Below are positions 48,657 through 57,307 of a stretch of 64,000 nucleotides of DNA, one piece after another. The position numbers and the translations under genes are program-made. The stretch lies in contig JBFHVL010000001.1 of the NCBI GenBank assembly GCA_041589565.1, positions 38,364 to 102,363 of the forward strand, in the 5' to 3' direction. The notes beneath the pieces are model-generated. The model had not been told where the DNA came from. It saw only the letters and a program-made list of their open reading frames with translations, and searched no databases. Position 1 is the first letter of the stretch, and every line of letters begins with the position of its first letter. This DNA is from Kangiellaceae bacterium (GTDB lineage: Bacteria > Pseudomonadota > Gammaproteobacteria > Enterobacterales > Kangiellaceae).

Positions 48657-49497
48657 GGTCACATTGCTCAATCTCTAAATAATCACTTTGTATTGCTTTA
48701 ATCTGTGATACTTCTTCTAAAAGCTCATCGAGCGGAGGAAAATTAAAGTCACGCTCCAACAAGGTCGGAAATACACCAAACTCCCGATATGCAACCTCCA
48801 GCAACCGCCAAACATCAGACTTCACGTCAGCACCGTGAGTATCAACTTTAAGATCATCAGCTTCATCGTAATGACCAGCAATATGTCCATAAGCAATGCG
48901 TTTGCCTGGCAGAGCTTTTAAAAACTCAATTGCATCGTAATTGTGGTTAATGGAGTTTACGTAAATATTGTTTACATCTAGCAGCAATTGACAATCGGCA
49001 CGGTCTAAAACTGCATTAATAAATTCTACTTCTGACATTTCCTGGCCTGGAGCAGCGTAGTAAGACGCGTTTTCCATGGCAATTTGCCGACCTAGAATAT
49101 CTTGAACCTGAATGATTCTCTCAGCCACATAATTCACGGCTTCTTCAGTAAAAGGAATGGGCATAAGATCATAAAGGTGTCCATCATCGGAACAATAGGT
49201 TAAGTGCTCACTGTAGATTTCAACCTTATGCTCATCCATTAACTTGCCGATGTTCTTGACCAGAGAAGTATCAATTGGCGCAGGCCCTCCAATTGAGAGG
49301 GATAAACCATGAAATACAAAAGGATATCGCTCAGTAAAGTAGCGAAATTGTTTTCCTAATCGACCACCAATGTTTATCCAGTTTTCTGGTGCAACCTCCA
49401 TAAAGTCAATTAAATGCTGCTGGCTCTGAACCAGCTCCGCCATTAAATCACGGCGTAAGCCCAGCCCAGAACCAGAGATGCAAGTGTTAATCTTCAT
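48649..49497 (-). CDS. DUF692/UPF0276 multinuclear non-heme iron oxidase (MNIO; MbnB/HvfB/BufB-like)
   Basis: 282 aa with the full set of family blocks: [68 protein letters not shown]. These include the conserved His/Glu/Asp/Asn metal-ligand positions. Confidence 0.9.
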   Translation of the reverse strand: MKINTCISGSGLGLRRDLMAELVQSQQHLIDFMEVAPENWINIGGRLGKQFRYFTERYPFVFHGLSLSIGGPAPIDTSLVKNIGKLMDEHKVEIYSEHLTYCSDDGHLYDLMPIPFTEEAVNYVAERIIQVQDILGRQIAMENASYYAAPGQEMSEVEFINAVLDRADCQLLLDVNNIYVNSINHNYDAIEFLKALPGKRIAYGHIAGHYDEADDLKVDTHGADVKSDVWRLLEVAYREFGVFPTLLERDFNFPPLDELLEEVSQIKAIQSDYLEIEQCDHG

Positions 49498-49506
49498 AAA
49501 GTTAGA

Positions 49507-49959
49507 TTATGCGCCACACTTACCTTCGCCGCATTTTCCTTCTTTACCTTTTTTCTTATCTTCGCCGCATTTTCCTTCGCCACACTTGCCTTCTTTACCT
49601 TTTTTCTTACCTTCGCCGCATTTTCCTTCGCCGCACTTGCCCTCTTTACCTTTTTTGCCTTCGCCGCACTTGCCTTCGCCGCACTTGCCCTCTTTACCTT
49701 TTTTGCCTTCACCGCACTTGCCTTCGCCGCACTTGCCTTCTTTACCTTTTTTGCCTTCACCGCACTTGCCTTCGCCGCACTTACCTTCTTTACCTTTCTT
49801 GCCTTCTTTTTCATCACCTAGCAAGTTCGCGATTTGATAACCTCCGGACAAATCTTGCATCCCAAACGGATTAGCATCAGCATTTGCAGAAGTCACTGAC
49901 ATAGATGCAGCCAGAGAAGCTCCAACCAACGCAGCTAACTTTTTCATATCTTTATTCAT
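49507..49959 (-). CDS. Secreted Cys-repeat precursor peptide (12 x EGKCG; HvfA/oxazolin-like RiPP substrate candidate)
   Basis: The start is set at MNKDMKK, where GGAG lies 9 nt upstream. The Sec signal is MNKDMKKLAALVGASLAASMSVTSANA, ending in AxA. The mature 123 aa end in six KEGKCGEGKCGEGKKG-type repeats. The gene lies 9 nt upstream of the MNIO gene on the same strand. Confidence 0.8.
   Translation of the reverse strand: MNKDMKKLAALVGASLAASMSVTSANADANPFGMQDLSGGYQIANLLGDEKEGKKGKEGKCGEGKCGEGKKGKEGKCGEGKCGEGKKGKEGKCGEGKCGEGKKGKEGKCGEGKCGEGKKKGKEGKCGEGKCGEDKKKGKEGKCGEGKCGA
49510..49803. repeat. Six tandem 48/51-bp in-frame DNA repeats encoding the Cys-repeat core
   Basis: Units at 49510-49560 (51), 49561-49611 (51), 49612-49659, 49660-49707, 49708-49755 and 49756-49803 (48 each). 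They differ by only a few substitutions. Confidence 0.92.
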
Positions 49960-49995
49960 AACACAGTTCTCCATAAGTTTACGTTTAACAACCCA

Positions 49996-50023
49996 ATTAT
50001 AATTATGTTTGGATTACTTCTAA
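49996..50023 (-). promoter_or_regulatory. Candidate sigma70 promoter for the precursor-MNIO cassette
   Basis: On the minus strand: TTAGAA (50023-50018), a 16-nt spacer, then TATAAT (50001-49996), about 37 nt upstream of the proposed ATG. Pattern match only. Confidence 0.3.
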
Positions 50024-50314
50024 GGACTGATAAAAATCTCAATTGTTACACTCAAACCAAAAATTATTTTCGATCTCAGATTATTGATTTATCACGATTT
50101 TTATCGGGTCGTGCACTTTCCTGAACAGAAGACCACTGCAAGAGTTTCAAGATGCCGTAAAGAGATAGGCATAGCAAGCTGAAAATGACAAATGAGTCTC
50201 AAAACGGGTGAAAACTGAGGTCAATATTGTTAGAAAGTTTTTCAATGAAAAATATTGCACAGCAGCACAAAGCTCGATGAGTGCTTATGCTACTACGTGT
50301 ATGATTCATGGTAG

Positions 50315-51559
50315 CTATGGGATTTTGGTCGCGATCACTAAGTCCATCTTCACCATTTCAGAAACATCTACAGCCTCTGTCGCTGATTGCCAGTCACCGG
50401 ACTGAGGGGCCGCACTTCCTGAAAAGCTTATCCGGGCCGAGACAAAGAGCTTTTGCATGCTGCTCATAGTACGTCCGGGCATCATCGCATCACCATCAGT
50501 TAATGAAACCGTAGCTGGTAAGTCGGCAATCATCATCGACTTAACCGCTACCGGCGCAGGCATGCCATCATCACCTCGCACGATAATAAAGACTCGAGTA
50601 TTAGCAGGAAACCGGCCTTGAATTTCTTCCGCCAATGAAACAGTCACTACAAGCTTGAAGCTTGATTCTGGATCCGCCGACTGTTCCGCCAAGAGGGCTT
50701 TGGCTTGCTCTATTTGTTGCTTCAAAATTTGAACGCCCTGACCTTCACCTTCTCCTCGAGCCACTCGCCGGTCGATTAAACTTTGCCAAATATTAATCGC
50801 TGCCGGGTAGTCTTCTTGGCGCGCTTTAATAAAACCAAAGATTGCCAAAGCACCTTCATGTTCTGGATTCGTACCAATAATGCTTTCCAGAAGCTGTTCA
50901 GCCTGTTCCAGAGCCTTAGACTGATTAAGAGTCGTTAATACCTGCGCTACCGTCAACCGTAGAGAAATATCAGTAGGTGAGGTTTGCAAGGCTTTATTGA
51001 GCGCCTCCTGCGCGGGAACAGCAGCCCCGAGATTACCTAGTGTTTGTCCCAAAATAAGCCAGCCTCGGGTATCCCCGGGCTCTTTGTATAATCGGGTACG
51101 TAGGAGTAGCAGCAGTTCCTGATTGGTCAGTTTTTCGAGCCACTCGCTGTCTACCTTCGCGTCTTGTTGATAACTATTGTGTTTTTCCTGCAAAAACTGC
51201 CAATGTAAATAAGCATTCCAGTCTGCGATAAAATAATACAGAACTAACGCCAGAATCGGCAAAGCGCCTGCGACACTCCAGGCCAGCTTTTGATGTATTC
51301 CAGAGCCAGACTCCTGCTTAGTCAACAGATGTGCATCTTCTAACAGGTTTTTCTTGAGCTCAGACTCTAACTCATCAAACTCCTGCTCGGTTAATTGCTG
51401 TTGCTCTTTCTCCGATTCAAGCTCTTTAACTCGATCCTGATAGACCTGTTTATTAACGGTTAACCTATCGATAGAGTGAGGGTTTGCCGCCTTTCTAAGT
51501 GGCGCAATCAAAAATAAAAACGAAAGCAACGAAATGATAACCATCAATAACCAAAGCAT
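50315..51559 (-). CDS. ccmI: Cytochrome c-type biogenesis protein CcmI (TPR)
   Basis: N-terminal TM helices, TPR repeats and a C-terminal domain. It is the last gene of the ccm operon. Its start overlaps the ccmH stop (TAATG). Confidence 0.8.
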   Translation of the reverse strand: MLWLLMVIISLLSFLFLIAPLRKAANPHSIDRLTVNKQVYQDRVKELESEKEQQQLTEQEFDELESELKKNLLEDAHLLTKQESGSGIHQKLAWSVAGALPILALVLYYFIADWNAYLHWQFLQEKHNSYQQDAKVDSEWLEKLTNQELLLLLRTRLYKEPGDTRGWLILGQTLGNLGAAVPAQEALNKALQTSPTDISLRLTVAQVLTTLNQSKALEQAEQLLESIIGTNPEHEGALAIFGFIKARQEDYPAAINIWQSLIDRRVARGEGEGQGVQILKQQIEQAKALLAEQSADPESSFKLVVTVSLAEEIQGRFPANTRVFIIVRGDDGMPAPVAVKSMMIADLPATVSLTDGDAMMPGRTMSSMQKLFVSARISFSGSAAPQSGDWQSATEAVDVSEMVKMDLVIATKIP

Positions 51560-52023
51560 TACTTCTCTCCCTTGCCTTGCTCATCCAAAAGTTGCTCCAG
51601 TTCCTTTATTTCTGAAACGGATAAAAGATCTTCCTCTGATTTTGGTTCGTTTTTACGATAACGCAATAATAAAGTCACAATGACACCCAACATGAATAGA
51701 ACTGGGGCAAACCACAAAATCAAGTTAGCTCCACCGACTTCCGGTTGATAAAGAATAAAGTCGCCATATCGCTCTTTGAGGAAAATTTTTATTTCTCGAT
51801 CCGAGCGACCCGCTTCAATTTTTTCGTAAACAATATTTCTTAAATCTTCTGATATCCCGGCGTTCGAGTCAGCAATAGATTGATTCAAGCATTTAGGGCA
51901 GCGTAATTCTTCGATTAGGCGATAATACCTTTGCTCGTTTTCTTTGCTACTAAATTCCAGCAAAGTTTCGGCCGCCTGTGCCGCGAAAGCCATAATTAGA
52001 ACAAAAAAGAACTTTAGCTTCAT
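51559..52023 (-). CDS. ccmH: Cytochrome c-type biogenesis protein CcmH
   Basis: Signal peptide, the LRCPKCLNQSIADS CXXC motif, and a C-terminal TM helix. Confidence 0.88.
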   Translation of the reverse strand: MKLKFFFVLIMAFAAQAAETLLEFSSKENEQRYYRLIEELRCPKCLNQSIADSNAGISEDLRNIVYEKIEAGRSDREIKIFLKERYGDFILYQPEVGGANLILWFAPVLFMLGVIVTLLLRYRKNEPKSEEDLLSVSEIKELEQLLDEQGKGEK

Positions 52024-52025
52024 AA

Positions 52026-52562
52026 TTATTGACCTTCCATTAATGGCTTAAACGAAGTGTTGTACACACGTTCATTCATATCCCCAATACGATGAAATAA
52101 AACTTTGCCATCGGGAGATATCAAAAAAGTTTCTGGAGCTGCAGTAATACCCATTTCAATTGCAATGCGCCCCTTAGGATCGAAAAACGAAAACTCATAA
52201 GGATTTCCAAGCTCGTTCAAAAACCGTGCGGCTTCAGCTTCCGTATCTTTATAATTGACGCCAATAATCTTTACACCCCTCTGTTTTAGCTCCATCAAAT
52301 AGGGATGCTCTACATAACAGGTAGGACACCAGGAGCCCCAAAAGTTTAACAACCAATATTCACCACGAATCTCGGAAGACTTCGCAGTACGTTCTTCAAA
52401 TAATACTCGGGCGTTAAACTCCGGCAGTGGTTTGTTTGAGCGCATGGACGGCACCAGTTCTTTGTCATCAAACAGAGCCGAAGCAAATAAACCCAAAAAT
52501 AGAAGTACAACGATAAATAATGGTAAAGCCAGGGTTCTTAAGGTCTGCTTTGAATCACTCAT
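52026..52562 (-). CDS. ccmG: Thiol:disulfide interchange protein DsbE/CcmG
   Basis: WGSWCPTC thioredoxin motif. The start at MSDSKQ gives an ATGA overlap with the ccmF stop. The longer ORF-track start (52694) lies inside ccmF. Confidence 0.9.
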   Translation of the reverse strand: MSDSKQTLRTLALPLFIVVLLFLGLFASALFDDKELVPSMRSNKPLPEFNARVLFEERTAKSSEIRGEYWLLNFWGSWCPTCYVEHPYLMELKQRGVKIIGVNYKDTEAEAARFLNELGNPYEFSFFDPKGRIAIEMGITAAPETFLISPDGKVLFHRIGDMNERVYNTSFKPLMEGQ

Positions 52563-54505
52563 GCAGCAACTCTCGATTCTAATTTTAGGCGGTAACGTCG
52601 ATCCGAGATGGCTATCAGGCCACCTAGTGCCATTAAAATGGCTCCCAGCCAAATCCAACGAACAAAAGCTTTGATATAAATTCTTACCGACCAATCTCGT
52701 TCATTTAACGTTTCACCTAACGACACATAAACGTCCCGCGTAAATCCCGGATTAATCCCCGCCTCTGTCATAACCTGACCCGAGGCAGTGTAACGACGTT
52801 TTTCCGAATGAAGCGTAAATATATCTTCTTGCTCCTTTACAGAAAACGTACCACGTGTCGCAATATAGTTGGGCCCTTGCACTGGACCAAGCCTTTCAAA
52901 AGTAAACTCGTAACCTTCCATTTTATAGGTTTCACCTGGCGCCAGTTTTATGAGTTTTTCTTCACTGGCGAACGAAACAAGCACAATTCCTACCAGTGCA
53001 AACACCAGCCCCAAATGCGCGGTTTGCATGCCCCAATAGGAAGCTTTAATTTTTTGTAGCCCGCGCCACAAACTACTGGCATTTTTCGTCTTATTAAAAA
53101 CATCCAATAGTAAAGATGCGACAACCCAAAAAGCTACGGTCATTCCGATCCAGACATAAAAATCACTAAAACCTCTTAACCAATAAGCCGTTGCTAATAA
53201 CAATCCAAGAGTTATTAGCGATACCGTTCGAATCGTCTTTAACAAAGAAGCTTTACCGTTTCTTTTCCAGTGCAACCAATGCCCCGCCCCTAAAATAGTT
53301 AATAGAACCAGCATCACCGGAGAGAAGAGTCGGTTAAAATATGGAGCCCCAACACTAATCGAACGATCGAAGGCTTCCATAATAAGCGGGAACAAAGTTC
53401 CGGTTAGAACGATTAACAGTGCCATCATCAAAAACATATTATTAGTTAACAGCGCACTTTCTCGTGAAATTAACTGATATCGTCCGGTAGATTTAACCGC
53501 TCCGCCGCGTAAGACAAACAGGGTCAATGCGGCAATCACAACAATGGCAAGAAAAATAAGAATAAACATGCCACGGACAGGGTCCTGAGCAAATGAATGA
53601 ACCGATGTAATGACACCGGAACGCACAATAAATGTACCGAGCAAACTCAAACAAAAAGTAATGAGAGCCAGAAATACCGTCCAGGTTTTAAACACGCCCC
53701 GCTTTTCACTAACCGCCAGAGAATGAATTAACGCAGTGCCTGATAGCCAGGGCATGAAGGAAGCGTTTTCAACCGGATCCCAAAACCACCAGCCACCCCA
53801 GCCCAGTTCGTAGTAGGCCCACCAGCTTCCTAAGGCAATCCCGATGGTTAGAAATATCCATGCAGCGACAGTCCACGGACGCGACCATCGTGCCCAGGCT
53901 GAGTCCAGCTCACCACCAATTAACGCAGCAATGGCAAAAGCAAACGCGACCGAAAAACCAACATACCCCATGTACAAAAACGGTGGGTGAATTATAAAAC
54001 CAAAGTCTTGCAGTAGAGGGTTAAGGTCACGCCCATCTATCGGAAAATGAGGCAATAAAGTTTCAAACGGATTTGAAGTAAAAATAGAAAAAGACAGAAA
54101 GCCAATCGTAATCATTGACATGACTGACAGGACACGAGCCACAGCCTGTTCTGGAAGCTGCCGACTAAACAGCGCGACTGCCGCTGACCAGCCACAGAGA
54201 ATAACGATCCAGAGTAACATGGAACCTTCGTGCGCTCCCCAAGCCGCACAAAATTTATAAATTAGAGGTAACTGAGAGTAAGAGTGTGCCGCGACATACT
54301 TAACTGTAAAATTATCTGTTACAAAGGCGTGAACCAAACCTGCAAATGACAGGAAAACAAGCAAAAACTGCAAAATCGCTGCAGGTCTTGCTAACCGCGC
54401 CATTTGGCTATTGTGGTAAAAGCTTCCCCACATAGGAAAGATGGCACCAAACAAGGCAACCAAAAGCGCTAAAATCAGGCAAAAATGGGCCAACTCAACA
54501 ATCAT
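52559..54505 (-). CDS. ccmF: Cytochrome c heme lyase subunit CcmF
   Basis: 648 aa, polytopic, with the WWD motif WGGWWFWDPVENASFMPW. Confidence 0.95.
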   Translation of the reverse strand: MIVELAHFCLILALLVALFGAIFPMWGSFYHNSQMARLARPAAILQFLLVFLSFAGLVHAFVTDNFTVKYVAAHSYSQLPLIYKFCAAWGAHEGSMLLWIVILCGWSAAVALFSRQLPEQAVARVLSVMSMITIGFLSFSIFTSNPFETLLPHFPIDGRDLNPLLQDFGFIIHPPFLYMGYVGFSVAFAFAIAALIGGELDSAWARWSRPWTVAAWIFLTIGIALGSWWAYYELGWGGWWFWDPVENASFMPWLSGTALIHSLAVSEKRGVFKTWTVFLALITFCLSLLGTFIVRSGVITSVHSFAQDPVRGMFILIFLAIVVIAALTLFVLRGGAVKSTGRYQLISRESALLTNNMFLMMALLIVLTGTLFPLIMEAFDRSISVGAPYFNRLFSPVMLVLLTILGAGHWLHWKRNGKASLLKTIRTVSLITLGLLLATAYWLRGFSDFYVWIGMTVAFWVVASLLLDVFNKTKNASSLWRGLQKIKASYWGMQTAHLGLVFALVGIVLVSFASEEKLIKLAPGETYKMEGYEFTFERLGPVQGPNYIATRGTFSVKEQEDIFTLHSEKRRYTASGQVMTEAGINPGFTRDVYVSLGETLNERDWSVRIYIKAFVRWIWLGAILMALGGLIAISDRRYRLKLESRVAA

Positions 54506-54527
54506 TAAGGGCTCTCGTCATTAAAGG

Positions 54528-54983
54528 TTAGTTTTGAGGATTCGGTTTTTTAACCGGATGTCCAGACTCTTCTAACGCCCGCGCAACTTCGGGAGGCATG
54601 TAGTTTTCGTCGTGTTTAGCCAAAACCGAACTGGCTTTAAAATCGCCATTGTCGAGCAGCTTTCCGGTGGCAACTATGCCCTGACCTTCTTTGAATAAAT
54701 CCGGTAATACATCGCTAAAATACACCGTCATTTGATGTGAGTTATCCTGAATGACAAAACTAACATCAATCAGGTTGTCTCCTCGCGCAACACTCCCCGG
54801 AACAACCAGGCCACCCACTTTAATCGACTTGTTGCTTGGCGCTTTACCTGCATTCACATCGGAAGGTGTATAAAATAAATTCAAGTTTTCCGAGAGTGCA
54901 TAAAGCACCAGAGACACCGCAATACTGACACCAGCAACTGTTCCCAGTACAGCAAATAGTCGCTTTTTACGATGAGCTTTCAT
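54528..54983 (-). CDS. ccmE: Heme chaperone CcmE
   Basis: N-terminal anchor, OB fold, and the heme-binding LAKHDENYMPPE motif. Confidence 0.93.
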   Translation of the reverse strand: MKAHRKKRLFAVLGTVAGVSIAVSLVLYALSENLNLFYTPSDVNAGKAPSNKSIKVGGLVVPGSVARGDNLIDVSFVIQDNSHQMTVYFSDVLPDLFKEGQGIVATGKLLDNGDFKASSVLAKHDENYMPPEVARALEESGHPVKKPNPQN

Positions 54984-54996
54984 AAATTTCTCACAC

Positions 54997-55176
54997 CTAA
55001 TCTTTTTTATTTAACAGAGATTGACGTCGATAATAACGCTTTAAATCTCGAACTATACGTTTACGCCAAATAATTGGAGCAATCGCGAGTCCAATAAACA
55101 CCAGCAAAAAAACACCATATGACGCCCAAATAAACTCCCAGCGATCGGGTAGCGCGGCTGCCGTTAAAAACATCAT
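54997..55176 (-). CDS. ccmD: Heme exporter protein CcmD (under 60 aa, absent from the ORF track)
   Basis: 59 codons: MMFLTAAALPDRWEFIWASYGVFLLVFIGLAIAPIIWRKRIVRDLKRYYRRQSLLNKKD. It has the CcmD-type W..IW.SYG motif and one TM helix. Its start overlaps the ccmC stop. Confidence 0.72.
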   Translation of the reverse strand: MMFLTAAALPDRWEFIWASYGVFLLVFIGLAIAPIIWRKRIVRDLKRYYRRQSLLNKKD

Positions 55177-55910
55177 GATTTAACCAACTCCCTAACCCAT
55201 TGAGTATCTCGCTCACGCCATAAAATCTGGTTACGAATCCAAGGTAGCAAAGTTGCGATAAAAAACAGCTTAAAGGACACGATCATAACCAATAAGGGAT
55301 AAAGCATTGATGAGTCAATAGCAGGCTTTTCCAGACGGGTAAGTGACGCAGGCTGATGCAAGCTATTCCACCACTCTACCGAAAAATGAATAATAGGAAT
55401 ATTAACCACACCGACAATGGCTAAAATGGCGGCCGACTTATCCGCTTTTTTCAGGTCATCGGTGGCATTAAAAAGCGCCATATGACCAAGATATAAAAAC
55501 AGCAAGATCAGTTCCGAAGTTAATCGAGCATCAAAGACCCAGTAAGTTCCCCAGGTGGGTTTTCCCCAAAGCGATCCGGTAGCCAATGCCAAGAACGTAA
55601 AACCTGCTCCTATGGGTGAACAGCTGATGGAAACCATATAGGCCATTTTCATTCGCCAAATGAGCCCAATGGCTCCGCTAACAGCCATAACGACATAAAC
55701 AAACATCGATAAATAAGCCGCAGGAACGTGAATGTACATTATTCGCTGTAGCTCGCCCTGATAATAGTCTGGAGGAGCAATGAACAGCCCCCAAAAACAG
55801 CCCGTCATAAGGCCCGCTAAGGTTAGCCCCCAAATCCAGGGTAACCAGCGACCTGCGGTTTGATAAAACCACTTAGGTGAGCCTAAGCGGAAAAACCAGG
55901 TCCAATCCAT
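55173..55910 (-). CDS. ccmC: Heme exporter protein CcmC
   Basis: W-rich motif WGKPTWGTYWVFDARLTS, 6 TM helices. Confidence 0.93.
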   Translation of the reverse strand: MDWTWFFRLGSPKWFYQTAGRWLPWIWGLTLAGLMTGCFWGLFIAPPDYYQGELQRIMYIHVPAAYLSMFVYVVMAVSGAIGLIWRMKMAYMVSISCSPIGAGFTFLALATGSLWGKPTWGTYWVFDARLTSELILLFLYLGHMALFNATDDLKKADKSAAILAIVGVVNIPIIHFSVEWWNSLHQPASLTRLEKPAIDSSMLYPLLVMIVSFKLFFIATLLPWIRNQILWRERDTQWVRELVKS

Positions 55911-55925
55911 ACGTGTATTACACCA

Positions 55926-56588
55926 TTATTCACTAATTGAAACTTTTAAAGCCGCACCCGCTGCCCACGGAGCCAGCGACAAGGTCAATGCTAATGCGGC
56001 ACCAAGTAAAGCCAGATGCCCTAAATAGTCATGGCCTTGACTTGCTGCATTCACCGTCATAGCACCGAATATTAAAATAGGAATATAAAGCGGTAGCACC
56101 AGTAAAGCGAGCAGTATACCACCTCTCCTGAGTCCAATCGTAAGACTCATTCCAATTGCAGCAATAAAACACATGCTGGGAGTGCCTAATGCCAACGACC
56201 AAGTCATGGCACCAAAAGCGTTTGTATCAAGGTTTAATAATACGCCAATGAGCGGAGACATAATAATTAAGGGTAAAGCAGTTAGTAACCAGTTGGCAGC
56301 AGCTTTTGCCGCCACTATCGCGGTCGGAGACGCCCCGGTGAGAACCATTTGCTCCAGGCTACCATCTTCAAAATCTTCGCGATATAAAACATCAAGCGAT
56401 AACAGGATCGACAACAAAGCACAAACCCATATAACACCGGGCGCAATTTGAGCTAACAGCTCCGGCTCAGGAGAAACGCCGAATGGGAACAGACTGGTAA
56501 CGACCAAAAAGAAAAACAGTGGGTTCAATAACTCAGACTTTTTCCGGTTTAATAGCTGTAGCTCACGCTTCAAGAGAACCCCAAACAT
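55926..56588 (-). CDS. ccmB: Heme exporter permease CcmB
   Basis: 220 aa, 6 TM helices, located between ccmA and ccmC. Its start overlaps the ccmA stop (TAATG). Confidence 0.9.
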   Translation of the reverse strand: MFGVLLKRELQLLNRKKSELLNPLFFFLVVTSLFPFGVSPEPELLAQIAPGVIWVCALLSILLSLDVLYREDFEDGSLEQMVLTGASPTAIVAAKAAANWLLTALPLIIMSPLIGVLLNLDTNAFGAMTWSLALGTPSMCFIAAIGMSLTIGLRRGGILLALLVLPLYIPILIFGAMTVNAASQGHDYLGHLALLGAALALTLSLAPWAAGAALKVSISE

Positions 56589-57226
56589 TATTGCAGTGCC
56601 CCCAAATCCAGTATTTGAACTTCTTTTTCAAAGCTGACTGGCTGGTGTGAAGTAAAAATAACACTTCCGCCATGATTGATATGCTCCTCAATAAGACGGG
56701 CTAACCATGCTTGTCCATTCACATCAAGAGCCACAAAGGGCTCATCCAAAACCCATAGTGCCGCGGGCTCCAGCAGTAGTCGAGCTAAACTAACACGTCG
56801 CTTTTGTCCCTGAGATAAAAAGCCGGCAAGTTCATTTTCGTATCCCGTTAGTCCGACTTGAGCTATAGCTTCTTCGTATGAGATAAAAGGCGCAGACTGC
56901 CGCAATGCTCCATAAAACTTAAGGTTTTCCAATACGGTAAGTCGCTCTTTTATGCCTAAAGAGTGCCCCAAATAAATGGTATTGTTGTAAAAATCAGGTC
57001 GCGATGTGCGTAAAGAGGCGTCATTCCACAGCAGTTCGCCGGAGTCTTGTTCAAGAATACCACAAATGACGCGTAACAGACTGGTTTTACCCGCGCCATT
57101 TGGGCCACGGATCTGAAGCACTTCGCCATTACCGAGGGTAAAGCTGCATTGCTTAAATAACAGCCTCTCGCCTCGAATTAACGCCAGTTGATCCGCTGTC
57201 AGTTTGAATTGAAGGTGCTTCCGCAA
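56588..57226 (-). CDS. ccmA: Cytochrome c biogenesis ATP-binding export protein CcmA
   Basis: Walker A GPNGAGKTSLL, ABC signature LSQGQKRRVSLA, Walker B LWVLDEP. Homology begins around residue 45 of the 249-aa ORF. I propose the TTG at 57226 as the start. The ORF-track start (57337) would overlap the divergent gene. Confidence 0.88.
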   Translation of the reverse strand: MRKHLQFKLTADQLALIRGERLLFKQCSFTLGNGEVLQIRGPNGAGKTSLLRVICGILEQDSGELLWNDASLRTSRPDFYNNTIYLGHSLGIKERLTVLENLKFYGALRQSAPFISYEEAIAQVGLTGYENELAGFLSQGQKRRVSLARLLLEPAALWVLDEPFVALDVNGQAWLARLIEEHINHGGSVIFTSHQPVSFEKEVQILDLGALQ

Positions 57227-57307
57227 AGTGGCTAACCTGTGATGCAGAAAATTGCGCGCTATACTAATACAAAGCGACTCAGATATCCATGATTGTGGAC
57301 TCAGTGA

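Noticed and set aside
49510-49803. Regular direct repeats that could look like a CRISPR array or minisatellite.
   Set aside because: The units are contiguous with no spacers. Their lengths are multiples of three and they are in frame with a signal-peptide ORF. No cas genes are present. This is a coding tandem repeat.
49478-49874. Three long ORFs across the repeat in other frames or on the other strand: PSPHLPSLPF... (+), KKVKKASAAKA... (-) and LRRIFLR... (+).
   Set aside because: They are the same 48-bp repeat read out of frame. They have no RBS and no signal peptide. The + strand ones run against the operon direction, and the minus-strand KKVKK frame overlaps the MNIO start. The chosen frame has an SD, a canonical Sec signal and a 9-nt junction to the MNIO gene.
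47889-50314. Idea that the MNIO cassette is a horizontally acquired genomic island.
   Set aside because: There is no integrase, tRNA, IS element or flanking direct repeats, and I could not judge a compositional shift by eye. This cannot be supported without compositional or phylogenetic analysis.
52563-52694. N-terminal 44-codon extension of the ccmG ORF in the ORF track.
   Set aside because: It lies entirely inside ccmF in another frame. The internal ATG gives the classic ATGA stop/start overlap and a normal signal-anchor N-terminus.
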